DNA of 38,421 nt. Origin: Candidatus Nomurabacteria bacterium. GTDB lineage: Bacteria; Patescibacteriota; Minisyncoccia; Phycocordibacterales; UBA5272. The stretch spans positions 1 to 38,421 of the forward strand of contig CALRDS010000002.1 of assembly GCA_943354975.1 (NCBI GenBank), in the 5' to 3' direction. The position numbers and the translations under genes were made by a program. Position 1 is the first letter of the stretch. Each line of letters begins with the position of its first letter. The notes under the pieces were generated by a model that saw only the letters and a list, made by a program, of their open reading frames with translations, was not told the origin of the DNA and ran no database searches. This document shows positions 29,786 through 38,421 of this stretch, piece after piece.

Positions 29786-29891
29786 TTCAATTTCCTATTT
29801 CTAGAGATCCCTTTCGGGAGGTTGATAGACATTTCTGCCTAGGGTTCTACCCGAACAAATAATATACTAAATAATGACTTATGTCAAGTAC

Positions 29892-30860
29892 TTACTCCTC
29901 TTCCCCTTCTGCGAAATCGCCTTCAAATGATTGGAGGGCTTGGAATATTGGGTCGAGACTGCCAGCCATGATTTTTGGTAGTCCGTGGAATGATTGCTTG
30001 ATACGATGGTCTGTCACGCGGTCTTGTGGGAAATTGTAAGTGCGAATCTTTTCACTTCTGTCCCCCGTTCCAACTTGAGAACGTTTTTCTCCGCGAAAAT
30101 CTCTACCTTCTCTTTCTTCTTCTAGCTGGTCCAACTTAGCTTGAAGCATTTGAAGTGCGCGTTCTTTATTTTTCAACTGACTGCGTTCTATCGTACAACG
30201 AATAGCAATACCTGTCGGTTTATGAATCACACGCACGGCGGTTTCTACTTTGTTTACATTTTGTCCACCTGCGCCACCTGAACGTGATGTTTCAAATTCT
30301 ATATCGCTTGGACTTATCGTTACTGTTTTTTGTTCACGTAAAGGCATAACAGATACTGTGATAGTAGATGTATGCACTCGTCCATTTTTTTCTGTATCTG
30401 GAATACGTTGTACGCGATGAACTCCACTTTCATATCTAAATGTATCCCACGCATCACGACCTTTTATTTCAAAAGATGCTGATTTGTATCCGCCAACGTC
30501 ACTTACTGATTCATCAACCTTTTCAAAACCAATATGGTTGGCTTCACAATATAATTTATAAGCAGAAGCAAGTTCGGCTGCAAAAAGTGTGGACTCGTCC
30601 CCTCCAGCGCCTGCTTGTATTTCTAAAATTAAACTTTTTGGTTTCTCATCTTCTTCTTTTGCTTTCGTAGATATCTCTTCCATTTGCTTCCACAGATTTT
30701 CCATTTGTGGTTTAAGAACAAGAAGTTCTTCTTCTGCAAGAGATTTCATCGAATCATCTGCGAGGAGAGCTTCGGCTTCAACGGCGGACGCCGAAAGACG
30801 CTCGTATTCTTGTGCGAGATATACAGTGCGAGGATTTGATTTAAAATCGGATAAGTCCAT
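29892..30860 (-). CDS. prfA: peptide chain release factor 1
   Basis: [12 protein letters not shown] (PxT), [28 protein letters not shown]. Confidence 0.95.
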   Translation of the reverse strand: MDLSDFKSNPRTVYLAQEYERLSASAVEAEALLADDSMKSLAEEELLVLKPQMENLWKQMEEISTKAKEEDEKPKSLILEIQAGAGGDESTLFAAELASAYKLYCEANHIGFEKVDESVSDVGGYKSASFEIKGRDAWDTFRYESGVHRVQRIPDTEKNGRVHTSTITVSVMPLREQKTVTISPSDIEFETSRSGGAGGQNVNKVETAVRVIHKPTGIAIRCTIERSQLKNKERALQMLQAKLDQLEEEREGRDFRGEKRSQVGTGDRSEKIRTYNFPQDRVTDHRIKQSFHGLPKIMAGSLDPIFQALQSFEGDFAEGEEE

Positions 30861-30911
30861 AAAGTTTATAAAGTTCGTAAAGTAGAAAGTGAATTCAGTA
30901 TATACGCAATT

Positions 30912-31036
30912 TAAAAAGTCAGAAACAAGATGAAATACGCGAAGAGCGCATTATTTTGGAGGAAAATGTACATTTAGTACATTAACCGACAAAATAATGC
31001 GCTCAACAAAGTAGTTCGCTTGGTTATGACTTTTTA
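30912..31036 (-). repeat. structured palindromic element, copy 1 (overlaps the rpmE 3' end)
   Basis: Nested inverted repeats; shares motifs and spacing with 36723-36848. Confidence 0.8.
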
Positions 31037-31233
31037 GCTGCCATTCGCTTTTTGAACTTGTCCACTCGGCCAGTTGTATCCAGCACCTTATCCTGACCTG
31101 TATAGAAAGGATGGCAGGCAGAACAGATTTCAACTGAGATGTTTTCTGTAGTTGAACCCACTACATAAGTAGCACCACATGCACATGTGGCGGTTACTTC
31201 CGGATAATATGTTGGGTGAATATCTGCTTTCAT
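31024..31233 (-). CDS. rpmE: 50S ribosomal protein L31 (Zn-binding type)
   Basis: [29 protein letters not shown]. Confidence 0.97.
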   Translation of the reverse strand: MKADIHPTYYPEVTATCACGATYVVGSTTENISVEICSACHPFYTGQDKVLDTTGRVDKFKKRMAAKKS

Positions 31234-31278
31234 AGTTTTAGAATACTAACACATTTACAGGTCTTTTGCAACACCCAT

Positions 31279-32622
31279 TTACCTCTGTAATTTATCAATA
31301 TCTTGCTGGGTTGCGTAGAGTTTACTCATCACAGAATTACCATATCCAGCACCTGCGCGTGACGCAGAACATGACCTACCAGAATAGTATTTACATGCGG
31401 CGTTTCTCTCTGCTACTTCATTTCCGGCAACTGCCCCCAAATCCATCAGATAAAGTGAAGTCGCGGTTATTGCATGGAACGCATTCCAAGGATCTGCCAT
31501 AGACGCACCTGTAATATTTTCAATACGACCTTCAAATAATACCCAAGTGGATGGGATGAACTGCGAAGGGCCCATCGCTCCTCCCCATCCACTAGGCTGT
31601 CCACCACTGTAAGCTGCAATCCAACATGATATTGGAGTTTTCTGTGGATCACGACCAACTTTTGCCATAAGAGAAGTAAATACTGGAACATCTCGTGATG
31701 GATGCATCGTTCGAGGCTTGCCCAAGCCTGTCTTTATGCTTACACCCGAGCCTGTCGCATAATCACGCAAATAGCACGCACCAACATTCGTACCAAGAGA
31801 TGATTCCTGCATAAGGATAGCCAAAATAAGGGCTGGACGTACACCTGTGGTTTTACTAGCTGACAATGCGTACTCATAAGCTTGTCCAAAAGAAATTGCC
31901 CCTGCATCACGCAGATCGAACAAGCGAGCTTTTATTTGTGCTGCCTCTACTTGTCGTGCAGCGCGAACTTTTTGATATTCGGCTTCTTGATTTTTTGTAA
32001 TAGTTAAAAGACTGTTTTTTTCTTTTTGATTTGACTCCACTCTTTTCTTTTCAGCTTCTTGGGCAATCTTTTTCTGTGTCTCTTCATCTTTTGCATCTTC
32101 TAGTTCGGCTTTTACTCCTTCTAATTCAGTCTTTGTGTTCCGAATTTCTGTAAAACTTTCACCGAGCGCTCTATTTAAAGTAGCAAATGAATCCACGTCA
32201 GAAAAAAATGTCGACAAGCTACGTGTCTGAAAACCAAAATCTAGAAACGAATACTGTTCCATGTACCTGGCTTTGCGCAGTATTTGTGCGAGAGAGTCTT
32301 TTTCTCTTTCCTTTTTTGCATCAAGTACACTTATCCTTTGATTCTTATCAGAAATATTTTGGCTTAATTTTTTTATGTTTTTATCAAAAGCTTGAATCTT
32401 TAGTTTGTTCGCAGAAATTTCCTGAGTAAGACGAGTTATATCATTTTTAAGAGATGCGCCCTGATTTTTCGTCTGGGTGATATTGTCAGTTAAAGCTTTT
32501 ATCTGATCTTCTAGATTCGCCAAATCACGTTCCAAATCTGCACGAGATTGAGCAAAGACTCCTACGGTAGAAAGACCAAAGAATACCATGGCAACAATAA
32601 AAATAGCGAGATGTCTTCTCAT
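31279..32622 (-). CDS. secreted coiled-coil protein with lytic transglycosylase (SLT/MltB-like) domain
   Basis: Signal peptide, long coiled coil, AILMQESSLG, GGAMGPSQFIPSTW, DPWN. Confidence 0.85.
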   Translation of the reverse strand: MRRHLAIFIVAMVFFGLSTVGVFAQSRADLERDLANLEDQIKALTDNITQTKNQGASLKNDITRLTQEISANKLKIQAFDKNIKKLSQNISDKNQRISVLDAKKEREKDSLAQILRKARYMEQYSFLDFGFQTRSLSTFFSDVDSFATLNRALGESFTEIRNTKTELEGVKAELEDAKDEETQKKIAQEAEKKRVESNQKEKNSLLTITKNQEAEYQKVRAARQVEAAQIKARLFDLRDAGAISFGQAYEYALSASKTTGVRPALILAILMQESSLGTNVGACYLRDYATGSGVSIKTGLGKPRTMHPSRDVPVFTSLMAKVGRDPQKTPISCWIAAYSGGQPSGWGGAMGPSQFIPSTWVLFEGRIENITGASMADPWNAFHAITATSLYLMDLGAVAGNEVAERNAACKYYSGRSCSASRAGAGYGNSVMSKLYATQQDIDKLQR

Positions 32623-32638
32623 CTACTTAGTATAACAG

Positions 32639-32685
32639 GTAGAAACTATAGGCCGTGACACTTAGTCACGGCCTATAGTTTCTAC
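32639..32685. repeat. perfect 21-bp inverted repeat with 5-nt loop
   Basis: GTAGAAACTATAGGCCGTGAC-ACTTA-GTCACGGCCTATAGTTTCTAC. Confidence 0.9.
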
Positions 32686-32705
32686 TATTTTCGTTTAAAC
32701 TTGTA

Positions 32706-33347
32706 TTATTCAGCAGATTTTTCTTCTGTAGCTTCACCCGCCTCTTCTTTCTTACCCTTAGCTTCAACTTCAATAGCACTCAAGTCAGTTGCTACAGGAA
32801 CTTCTTCAGTTTCTTCTACTACCTCTGTAACTGATGCAACAATATCATCACCACTTATGTGATAAAGTTCTACTCCTGCAGGTAAAGCAATGTCTCTTAC
32901 ATGAATAACACTATCTTTTGAAACAAGAGCTGAAATATCAACATTAAACTCATGAGGAAGAGACTGTGGCTCACCTTCGATTGAAAGTTCATGGAGAACT
33001 TTGACAAGAATAAATCCTTCTTTCACAGCTTGAGATTCACCAACGAATTCTATAGGAGTTTTTACATGCACTTTCTGACCCTTTTCAATTACATAAAAGT
33101 CTGCGTGAATAGGATTACTCTTTACTGGGTCAATTTGAACATGCTGAATCATGGCGTTTTCATTTCCATGTTCTGTAACAAGTACAATAGAACTAGATTC
33201 ACCAGCACTGGCTAGAATCTTCTTAAATTCAATAGTATTTATAAAAATAGGAGTAGACGGAGTTTTTGAGCCATAAAAAACAGCAGGCATAAAACCCTCT
33301 CTAACAGTCTCTTTTGGTGCGCGAGGCATAGTAGTCATCTGTAACAT
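32706..33347 (-). CDS. rplY: 50S ribosomal protein L25/Ctc
   Basis: PAVFYG, VQIDPV..PIHADFY, PIEFVGES, IHVRDI, acidic tail. Confidence 0.93.
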   Translation of the reverse strand: MLQMTTMPRAPKETVREGFMPAVFYGSKTPSTPIFINTIEFKKILASAGESSSIVLVTEHGNENAMIQHVQIDPVKSNPIHADFYVIEKGQKVHVKTPIEFVGESQAVKEGFILVKVLHELSIEGEPQSLPHEFNVDISALVSKDSVIHVRDIALPAGVELYHISGDDIVASVTEVVEETEEVPVATDLSAIEVEAKGKKEEAGEATEEKSAE

Positions 33348-33376
33348 AGTCGTGCAATTATACCTTATTTCTCCCC

Positions 33377-34471
33377 CTAAATCAAGCCATAGACTTTTGT
33401 AGTTTCTACTATCATTTTGGTGTGTGAAAAGTTCTGAACTACATGACTATGAAGCTGAGACCCCACTTTTTTAGCAAAATGTCTGTCTGTTATAAAGCGC
33501 TCAATCGCATCAGATAATTGGTCAATATTTTTTGGTTGAACGAGGAGACCAGTTTCCTCATGGCGTACAATTTCTGGAATTCCCCCAGTTGTAGTGGTCA
33601 CAACGGGAAGCATGGCCCGTCCTGCTTCGAGTAATACATAAGGCAATCCCTCTTTTACCGAGGGAAGTAAAAATATATCGTAATCTTGCAGTCTCTCAGT
33701 AGTCGTAAGAGTACGACCAAATAGTGTAACAATGTCATCCAGATTATTCATATGAATAAATTCTTCTAGTTTTCTTCTATCTTCACCTTCTCCTTCAATA
33801 AAATATTTTATGGGTATTCCTTTCTTTACCAAAGTATTTATAGCTTTCAATCCATAAATATGTCCTTTGTTCCTGGTTAAATCACCTATTGTAACAATGT
33901 GTGTTTCTCTGGTTTTCTCACGAGTTCTAACGAGTGGACCATTAAAAGGAATTCCGTTATATACAGTTGTTATCTTTTTCCTAATAAAAAACATACGTCC
34001 TAGATCGTGGCCATCGCGATTACTAACTGCAATTATCCTATGTGCGAGTAGACATGTTACCCATGTGAAAAAATAAATAATCGCACGAATAAAAAAAAGA
34101 CGATCTTCACGAAATGGGGCACCGTGAACAGTGACAATTATATTTTTTACTCCAAGTAATCTTCCGCAAACAACACCAAGACCTGCAGCCTTGGAACTAT
34201 TTAAGTGTAAGATGTCAGGCTTTTTTCTTCTGATAAAAAAAAGGATGTCGAAAAACGATTTTATTTCTGCAAATATTTTAATATCGCGCTGTAAAGAAGG
34301 AAATACATGTGTATATATTCCTTTTTCTTTTAATTTTTCGATAAGCTCTCCATTTCCACCGGAAGCTACACATATATCATGACCTTTTGCATTGAAAGCG
34401 ACGGCTAAATCATAAACATATTTCTGGGCACCTCCCCAGTTGGACTTTGTAATCAAGTATAGTATTTTCAT
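33377..34471 (-). CDS. GT4 glycosyltransferase
   Basis: GGAQKYV, HLNSSKAAG, TVHG, PSVKEGLPYVLLEA. Confidence 0.92.
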   Translation of the reverse strand: MKILYLITKSNWGGAQKYVYDLAVAFNAKGHDICVASGGNGELIEKLKEKGIYTHVFPSLQRDIKIFAEIKSFFDILFFIRRKKPDILHLNSSKAAGLGVVCGRLLGVKNIIVTVHGAPFREDRLFFIRAIIYFFTWVTCLLAHRIIAVSNRDGHDLGRMFFIRKKITTVYNGIPFNGPLVRTREKTRETHIVTIGDLTRNKGHIYGLKAINTLVKKGIPIKYFIEGEGEDRRKLEEFIHMNNLDDIVTLFGRTLTTTERLQDYDIFLLPSVKEGLPYVLLEAGRAMLPVVTTTTGGIPEIVRHEETGLLVQPKNIDQLSDAIERFITDRHFAKKVGSQLHSHVVQNFSHTKMIVETTKVYGLI

Positions 34472-34496
34472 TATTTAAGTAGTATGATATCACTAT

Positions 34497-35825
34497 ATGA
34501 TTCTACGTCATACACCTGGACGACTACTGCTTTTCGTGGTGGACTGTTGTCTACTAGCAGGGTCGCTTTATCTGGCACTTTATATACGTACTGGGGATGC
34601 TCTTACACTAGCGTCTTTCCTTTCTTTCATACCACCTTTTGTGGTGGTTATGGCTGTTTCTGTGGCGATATTTTATAGTTATGGGCTTTATGACAAACCG
34701 ACACTACGTCTAATACGAGAACTAAGTAAACGAATAGTTACTAGCCAATTACTCTCAGCACTGAGCGCCATAATATTCTTTTATACTCTACCAACACTTG
34801 GAATCGCACCAAAAACTATACTTCTTCTTTACGTAGTGATTTCATCCCTTCTCATGACCGTGTGGAGGAACTACGCTTTCTCTATAGTACTAAACTACAA
34901 GAAACAAAAAAGTATAATAATAGGAAGTGGAAATACTTTCAGACTTTTGGTGGATGAATTATCACGAAATCCACATACGGGAATAACTTTGATATCTGTT
35001 ATTGACGTAGACAACTACGACCTATCAAAATTGGCTGACGTACTAAAAACGACTAAACCAAACTCTGTGATAATAGATATGCGCGATGAAAGAATAAAAC
35101 CATACTTCGGGCATCTTTACACTGAACTATTCGAAGGCTCCGCAGTGCTAGATATAGTGGACGTTTATGAAGATATCTTCGATATGGTGCCATTAGATAT
35201 AATCAATCAAGAATGGATATTCCATAATATCGGAGCATCTAGAAGATATGACGGAATAAAGAGATTGCTTGATTTAGTAATTTCTATTCCTTCATACATT
35301 TTCGTTCTTATATTTGTGTACCCTTTTGTTTACTTGGCTATAAAGGCAGAAGATGGTGGGCCGATACTTTATAAAAGTAAAAGAATAGGAAGATACGGAA
35401 AGACTTTTCTTTTACATAAATTAAGATCTATGGAAGATAAGCCAACAAATGAATTAAATGAAACTAAGAAAATTACAAAAGTAGGTGCGTTTCTACGCAA
35501 AACCAGAATAGACGAATTCCCACAATTTTGGAATGTTATAAAAGGAGATGTTTCTCTAATTGGCCCGAGAACTGAAGCACCAAACCTAGTTGAAGAATAT
35601 AAAAGAACTATTCCGTTTTATAATATTCGTCACGTCGTAAGACCTGGACTTTCTGGTTGGGCTCAAGTTCAACAACATGAACCACCAAAGTTCGGCATAG
35701 ACACTAAGCGTACATCAACAAAACTAGCTTATGATATGTATTATTTAGAGCACAGTAATTTCTTGCTTGACTGTGCAATCATTCTAAAAACTTTTAAGGT
35801 GTTACTAAGTAAGAGCGGAATATAG
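34497..35825 (+). CDS. polyprenyl-phosphate glycosyl-1-phosphate transferase (WcaJ/WbaP-like)
   Basis: N-terminal TMs, KRLLDL, KLRSM, RKTRIDEFPQFWNV, GPR, RPGLSGWAQV. Confidence 0.92.
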   Translation: MILRHTPGRLLLFVVDCCLLAGSLYLALYIRTGDALTLASFLSFIPPFVVVMAVSVAIFYSYGLYDKPTLRLIRELSKRIVTSQLLSALSAIIFFYTLPTLGIAPKTILLLYVVISSLLMTVWRNYAFSIVLNYKKQKSIIIGSGNTFRLLVDELSRNPHTGITLISVIDVDNYDLSKLADVLKTTKPNSVIIDMRDERIKPYFGHLYTELFEGSAVLDIVDVYEDIFDMVPLDIINQEWIFHNIGASRRYDGIKRLLDLVISIPSYIFVLIFVYPFVYLAIKAEDGGPILYKSKRIGRYGKTFLLHKLRSMEDKPTNELNETKKITKVGAFLRKTRIDEFPQFWNVIKGDVSLIGPRTEAPNLVEEYKRTIPFYNIRHVVRPGLSGWAQVQQHEPPKFGIDTKRTSTKLAYDMYYLEHSNFLLDCAIILKTFKVLLSKSGI

Positions 35826-35826
35826 T

Positions 35827-36717
35827 ATGCCACGAGCTCTTGTTATCGGTGGCGCTGGATTTATCGGCTCATATGTGGTCAAGGAATTACAATCTAATGG
35901 ATACGATGTTCGTGTATTTGATAATCTCTCTACTGGATCACTAACGCGATTGCCTGCAGGAATATCATTTATTCAAGGAGATATAAGAACCTACGATGAG
36001 CTAAAAAGCGTTGTAGAATCAGGCGATATTGTCTTTCATTTAGCTGCATTTACAAGTGTGCCAAAATCTTTTGAAGAACCTCTTCTTTCTGGTGAAATAA
36101 ATGTTCATGGAACATACAATGTATTCGAAGCTGTGAGAGAGAAAGGAGCGGTTGGTGTCGTATTTTCTTCATCAGCCGCAGTGTATGGGAATCAAGAAGG
36201 TACCGTCAACGAAAATACTACCCCCTCCCCCGAAAGCCCTTACGCATTTCAGAAACATATTGGAGAACAAATAGCGTCATTATATTCAAAATCTTTTAAC
36301 GTTCCGTCATGTTGTCTTAGATATTTTAATGTTTATGGAAAAGGAAATAACGAAGAAGGAGCGTACGCGCCGGTGACCGCGCGATTTATAAAAGCCAAAA
36401 GAGAAGGAGCGTCCCTTCCTATAGTCGGAGATGGAAAACAAACAAGAGATTTTATACACGTAGAAGATGTAGCGCGTGCAAACAGATTAGCTTGCGAAAA
36501 ACTAGTTAGTTCAAAAGATAGTAAAATTTATAATATTTCATCTGGTAAACCTTTTGTAATAAATGACATCGCGAACATGGTTGGAGGAGAAAAAACTTAT
36601 ATCGAAGCTAGAAAAGAAATAAAGAATTCTTGTGGAGATAGTTCAAAAGCAAAATCTGAACTAAACTGGGAACCAAAAATAAAACTTGAGGAAGGAATTA
36701 AAAATCTTTTACCATAA
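35827..36717 (+). CDS. NAD-dependent epimerase/dehydratase
   Basis: GGAGFIG, HLAA, SSAAVYG, YAFQK (YxxxK), RYFNVYG, RDFIHVEDVA. Confidence 0.92.
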   Translation: MPRALVIGGAGFIGSYVVKELQSNGYDVRVFDNLSTGSLTRLPAGISFIQGDIRTYDELKSVVESGDIVFHLAAFTSVPKSFEEPLLSGEINVHGTYNVFEAVREKGAVGVVFSSSAAVYGNQEGTVNENTTPSPESPYAFQKHIGEQIASLYSKSFNVPSCCLRYFNVYGKGNNEEGAYAPVTARFIKAKREGASLPIVGDGKQTRDFIHVEDVARANRLACEKLVSSKDSKIYNISSGKPFVINDIANMVGGEKTYIEARKEIKNSCGDSSKAKSELNWEPKIKLEEGIKNLLP

Positions 36718-36722
36718 TCCCC

Positions 36723-36848
36723 GGTCTTGAAGAAATCGCTTTAGATACGCTAAGCTTAGGAATTTTTCGAAAGAGACGTACACTTTAGTACGTTGATAGA
36801 GAAAAATTCCGTAGCGACAAAGTAGATGAAGATGATTTATTCAAGACC
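36723..36848 (-). repeat. structured palindromic element, copy 2 (overlaps the rodA 3' end)
   Basis: GGTCTTGAA(G/T)AAATC terminal inverted repeat plus nested stems; same family as 30912-31036. Confidence 0.8.
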
Positions 36849-37970
36849 TACGAACTCGTTTTTTACGTGGTATTTGTGACCCGACCGCGCGTATCTATAC
36901 ATCCCCGCACACATCCCAAGTGCCAAACCCTCTGCCAATAAATGCGACCCGCCATAACTCATAAGTGGAAGAGGGATGCCTGTTACGGGAACTATTCCTA
37001 TATTCATACCTATATTTATGGCTATATGAGTTAAAAGCCAAATAAGAACTCCATATGTAAACAAGGCCTCAAACGTAGAGTCTGCAACGAGTGCGTAGAC
37101 AGATAATTTATAAAGAATAATAAAATAAAATATAAGTAGAAGTACCGCACCTAAGAAACCCCACTCTTCTGCGTAGGCTGCGAAAATAAAGTCGGTCTTA
37201 TATTCTGGCAAAAAGTTTAGACGTGATTGAGTGCCGTAACCTATTCCCTTCCCAAGCAATCCTCCAGAGCCAACTGCTATTGTGGACTGGTAAGCGTTAT
37301 ATCCTGTTCCTCTAATATCTTGTAGTGGGTAGATGAAATTTAAAATTCTAGCTTTCTGATATGGTTTGAAAACGAGCTTCCATGAAATGGTTGCAATTAA
37401 AAGTCCCATAGCAAACACGGCAAAAAGATGCTTTTTAGAAATACCAGATATTAATACCATACCAAGCCAAATAGCAAATAACACCATAGCTGAACCCAAA
37501 TCTGGCTGAAGTACTACTAATAGAAACGGGATTAACATATAGACACTGGAGACAATTATGTGACGGATATTTGCGATTTCTACATGTCTGCGAGAAAAAT
37601 ATTTCGCAAGCAAAATAACTAGTGCCAATTTCATCAAGTCACTCGGCTGAAATGCTACACCTGCGAATTGAAACCAGCTTTGTGCCCCTTTTGATATATG
37701 CCCAACTATAAAAAGTAAAGTGAGTACTCCTAACAAAACTCCATATATTGTCATAACAATACGTGTCTGTTTGAGAAAACGATATTCAAATCTAGAAGAA
37801 AAAATAAAAATGGAAAGTGTGATGATTATCCATAATCCTTGCTTTGTAAAATAACTATCATGTCCTTGGAAGGAGCTCATGGTAAGCAGCCCTGCAACCA
37901 AAACACAAATTATCGCTATAAACAGCGTTACATCAAAGATACGCAGGAAGGAAAATATACTACGTGGCAT
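36837..37970 (-). CDS. rodA: SEDS peptidoglycan polymerase RodA
   Basis: GAQSW, QPSDLMK, LQPDLGS, GYNAYQS, LPEYKTDFIF, PVTGIPLPLMSYGGS. Confidence 0.9.
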   Translation of the reverse strand: MPRSIFSFLRIFDVTLFIAIICVLVAGLLTMSSFQGHDSYFTKQGLWIIITLSIFIFSSRFEYRFLKQTRIVMTIYGVLLGVLTLLFIVGHISKGAQSWFQFAGVAFQPSDLMKLALVILLAKYFSRRHVEIANIRHIIVSSVYMLIPFLLVVLQPDLGSAMVLFAIWLGMVLISGISKKHLFAVFAMGLLIATISWKLVFKPYQKARILNFIYPLQDIRGTGYNAYQSTIAVGSGGLLGKGIGYGTQSRLNFLPEYKTDFIFAAYAEEWGFLGAVLLLIFYFIILYKLSVYALVADSTFEALFTYGVLIWLLTHIAINIGMNIGIVPVTGIPLPLMSYGGSHLLAEGLALGMCAGMYRYARSGHKYHVKNEFVGLE

Positions 37971-37975
37971 AATCG

Positions 37976-38421
37976 TTACCGGAAGGTTGGGAATGGGTCA
38001 AAAATCGGATACACCCTGATTTTTGTAGGAGTTATTCCAAAAGAATTGTCCCAAGTAAATGAAATGTTCTGAGAGCCTTCTTTGTCCAAGAAAGGAACAA
38101 CTGTTTCTCCTGCCCCGTAGGCATTATCATCCGCGTCAAATAAGACTGTTCTAAGTACTAGATTAGATATTGCCACTCTTTTTGTATTTATAACAGTCGC
38201 ATAGACATGTGGAATATCCCCAGCCTCATAACGACTATTTAGAATACGAACAGATGGAAAAGTTGGTAACTCATTTATTATATAATGTGGCCCATCAGTA
38301 ATATCGAGAATCAACTCTTTAGGTTCTTTTGAAAGATTTATATTCTGTGCGATTATTGGAAATTCCCCATCAACTGGAACAATGGTTGTGCCGGACGCAA
38401 CGGTAAGCACTACTCCTCTAC
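37976..38421 (-). CDS. hypothetical protein, C-terminal part (Ig-like/FxLYD-like); begins beyond the right edge
   Basis: The frame stays open to the window edge; VLFDADDNAYGAGET beta-rich motif. Confidence 0.65.
   Translation of the reverse strand, partial: RGVVLTVASGTTIVPVDGEFPIIAQNINLSKEPKELILDITDGPHYIINELPTFPSVRILNSRYEAGDIPHVYATVINTKRVAISNLVLRTVLFDADDNAYGAGETVVPFLDKEGSQNISFTWDNSFGITPTKIRVYPIFDPFPTFR

Overview
AT-rich bacterial DNA using the standard code (TGA is a stop). The streamlined housekeeping genes point, by inference, to a Patescibacteria/CPR (Parcubacteria-like) genome: short PheS/PheT, short EF-Ts and ThrRS without the N1 domain. The backbone is mostly minus-strand core genes (typA, M3 peptidase, tag-folB-trmH, lemA-htpX, gyrB, murCD, pheST, rpsB-tsf, prfA, rpmE, rplY, rodA), plus thrS on the plus strand, glycosylation genes, tRNA-Ser(GGA) and tRNA-Thr(TGT). 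Four things stand out. (1) Two copies of a ~126-nt structured element share loop motifs but have fully covaried stems. In each copy the outer stem is formed by the last codons and TAA stop of a core gene (rpmE, rodA), with a mismatch at the T of the stop. (2) Expression appears two-tiered. Core genes have an extended -10 directly before the ATG (near-leaderless, no SD), while six solitary orphan genes have SD sites and terminators. (3) A decayed integrative island at tRNA-Ser holds tRNA fragments, serine-recombinase remnants and a queuosine-precursor (VUT) transporter. (4) There are several structured leaders, short tandem repeats abutting start codons, and a frameshifted YfiH-like gene. All structures and family assignments were read by eye; no searches or folding programs were run.
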